A stretch of 63,625 bases of DNA, counting the filler. It is 8 parts of 8 records of this genome, joined end to end, with 100 filler letters (N's around TTAATTAATTAA, not from the genome) between each part and the next. Parts side by side here need not be neighbours in the genome. Positions count along the whole stretch, not along the records: positions 58,190 to 63,625 come from SRR31147125_7753; 7 more parts are not named here. One strand, 5' to 3'. The translations under genes and the position numbers were made by a program. Below the pieces are notes generated by a model. That model was not told the origin of the DNA. It saw only the letters and a list, made by a program, of their open reading frames with translations, and did not search any database. Below are positions 63,099 to 63,625 of the stretch, in pieces (within the stretch, counting starts at the first letter, position 1; the number at the start of each line of letters is the position of its first letter).

Positions 63099-63487
63099 CA
63101 GTGATGACTGCAGCCTCCGCCGCCGTCAACGCTGTGTCCGATGCACACTTCATCTGCCTGAAATTCCTGAAGTTCCCCTTTGTTGAAAAGATCGAGATTG
63201 AACTGGATGGAGCCTTCTTTTGCGCGAAATACTTTGATTCCTTCCACTTGAAGTTTTCTTAGCGCCCCTTTGCCGATGCCGCCCACGACCACCGTATCCA
63301 CCCGGGTCTCCCCAAGGGCTTTGATGGGCTGACACTTGCCGTGATCGTGGTGCAAATCTTTATTTTTAAGAATCTCATGATCTCCGGCCTCAGTGTCCAC
63401 CAAGACAAAAAAGGGGGCGGAACCAAAATGGTTGTAGACGGATCCGATCAGTCCAAGATCGCTGTTGGAGGGAAAAACGACTTTCAT
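63098..63487 (-). CDS. NifB/NifX family (FeMo-cofactor-binding-like) protein
   Basis: HFG.APFF..VD, HG.C.P, VVGGIG.GA..KL...GIKV, Cys/His tail. Confidence 0.85.
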   Translation of the reverse strand: MKVVFPSNSDLGLIGSVYNHFGSAPFFVLVDTEAGDHEILKNKDLHHDHGKCQPIKALGETRVDTVVVGGIGKGALRKLQVEGIKVFRAKEGSIQFNLDLFNKGELQEFQADEVCIGHSVDGGGGCSHH

Positions 63488-63625
63488 GATAATTAACTCC
63501 GACACATTGTCAGGTGATGACTCAAATCAATGGCGTGTATGGTCTGAGTGAATTGATACTCTCTACTTTATTTTCCATCAATTCAATGAGCAAGCTTTTA
63601 AAAAGATCAAGTTCATGGAATAAAA

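Noticed and set aside
1-63625. CRISPR arrays, tRNA/rRNA genes, transposase or integrase genes
   Set aside because: None recognised by eye: no regularly spaced repeat-spacer pattern and no such motifs in the ORFs.

Overview
The window is eight unrelated contig fragments joined by artificial 100-nt linkers (N44-TTAATTAATTAA-N44), so gene neighbourhoods only hold within a fragment. Taxon labels are my inference from gene content and composition. (1) 1-8257, Clostridia-like: multi-lamin-tail protein, ABC-F gene with an attenuator-like leader, TetR plus polyferredoxin, DJ-1/PfpI lipoprotein, pheT. (2) 8358-18742: metK, GT2 glycosyltransferase, guanine riboswitch, purE-purK-purL-purC-purF. (3) 18843-23998, AT-rich decaying defence-like island: REP-like palindrome, pseudogene, DUF262 + HEPN pair, deoxyribosyltransferase-like gene, toxin-antitoxin pair with a truncated toxin. 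(4) 24099-32747, GC-rich deltaproteobacterium-like: ebo-like prenyl/sugar-phosphate operon led by an exported terpene-cyclase-fold protein, a divergent PEP-CTERM gene and a Slam-like/FecR pair. (5) 32848-38136: gyrA end, HDOD protein, OmpM-like SLH porin, small membrane protein, two DUF2721 genes, metA. (6) 38237-46171: modular pectin enzymes, rsgA-family gene with a uORF attenuator, LTXXQ-repeat protein, response regulator. (7) 46272-58089, Bacteroidota: porP-gldK-gldL-gldM, topA, class A PBP. (8) 58190-63625, deltaproteobacterium-like: htpG, CoA-transferase-GNAT fusion, sigma54 activator. Many genes are split at homopolymer runs, most likely from sequencing errors. The best novelty candidates are the HEPN RNase with a translation-factor-like beta-barrel next to DUF262, the reduced ebo-like operon, and the rsgA leader peptide with a +X+ motif. 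All family calls come from recognising motifs by eye; no searches were run.
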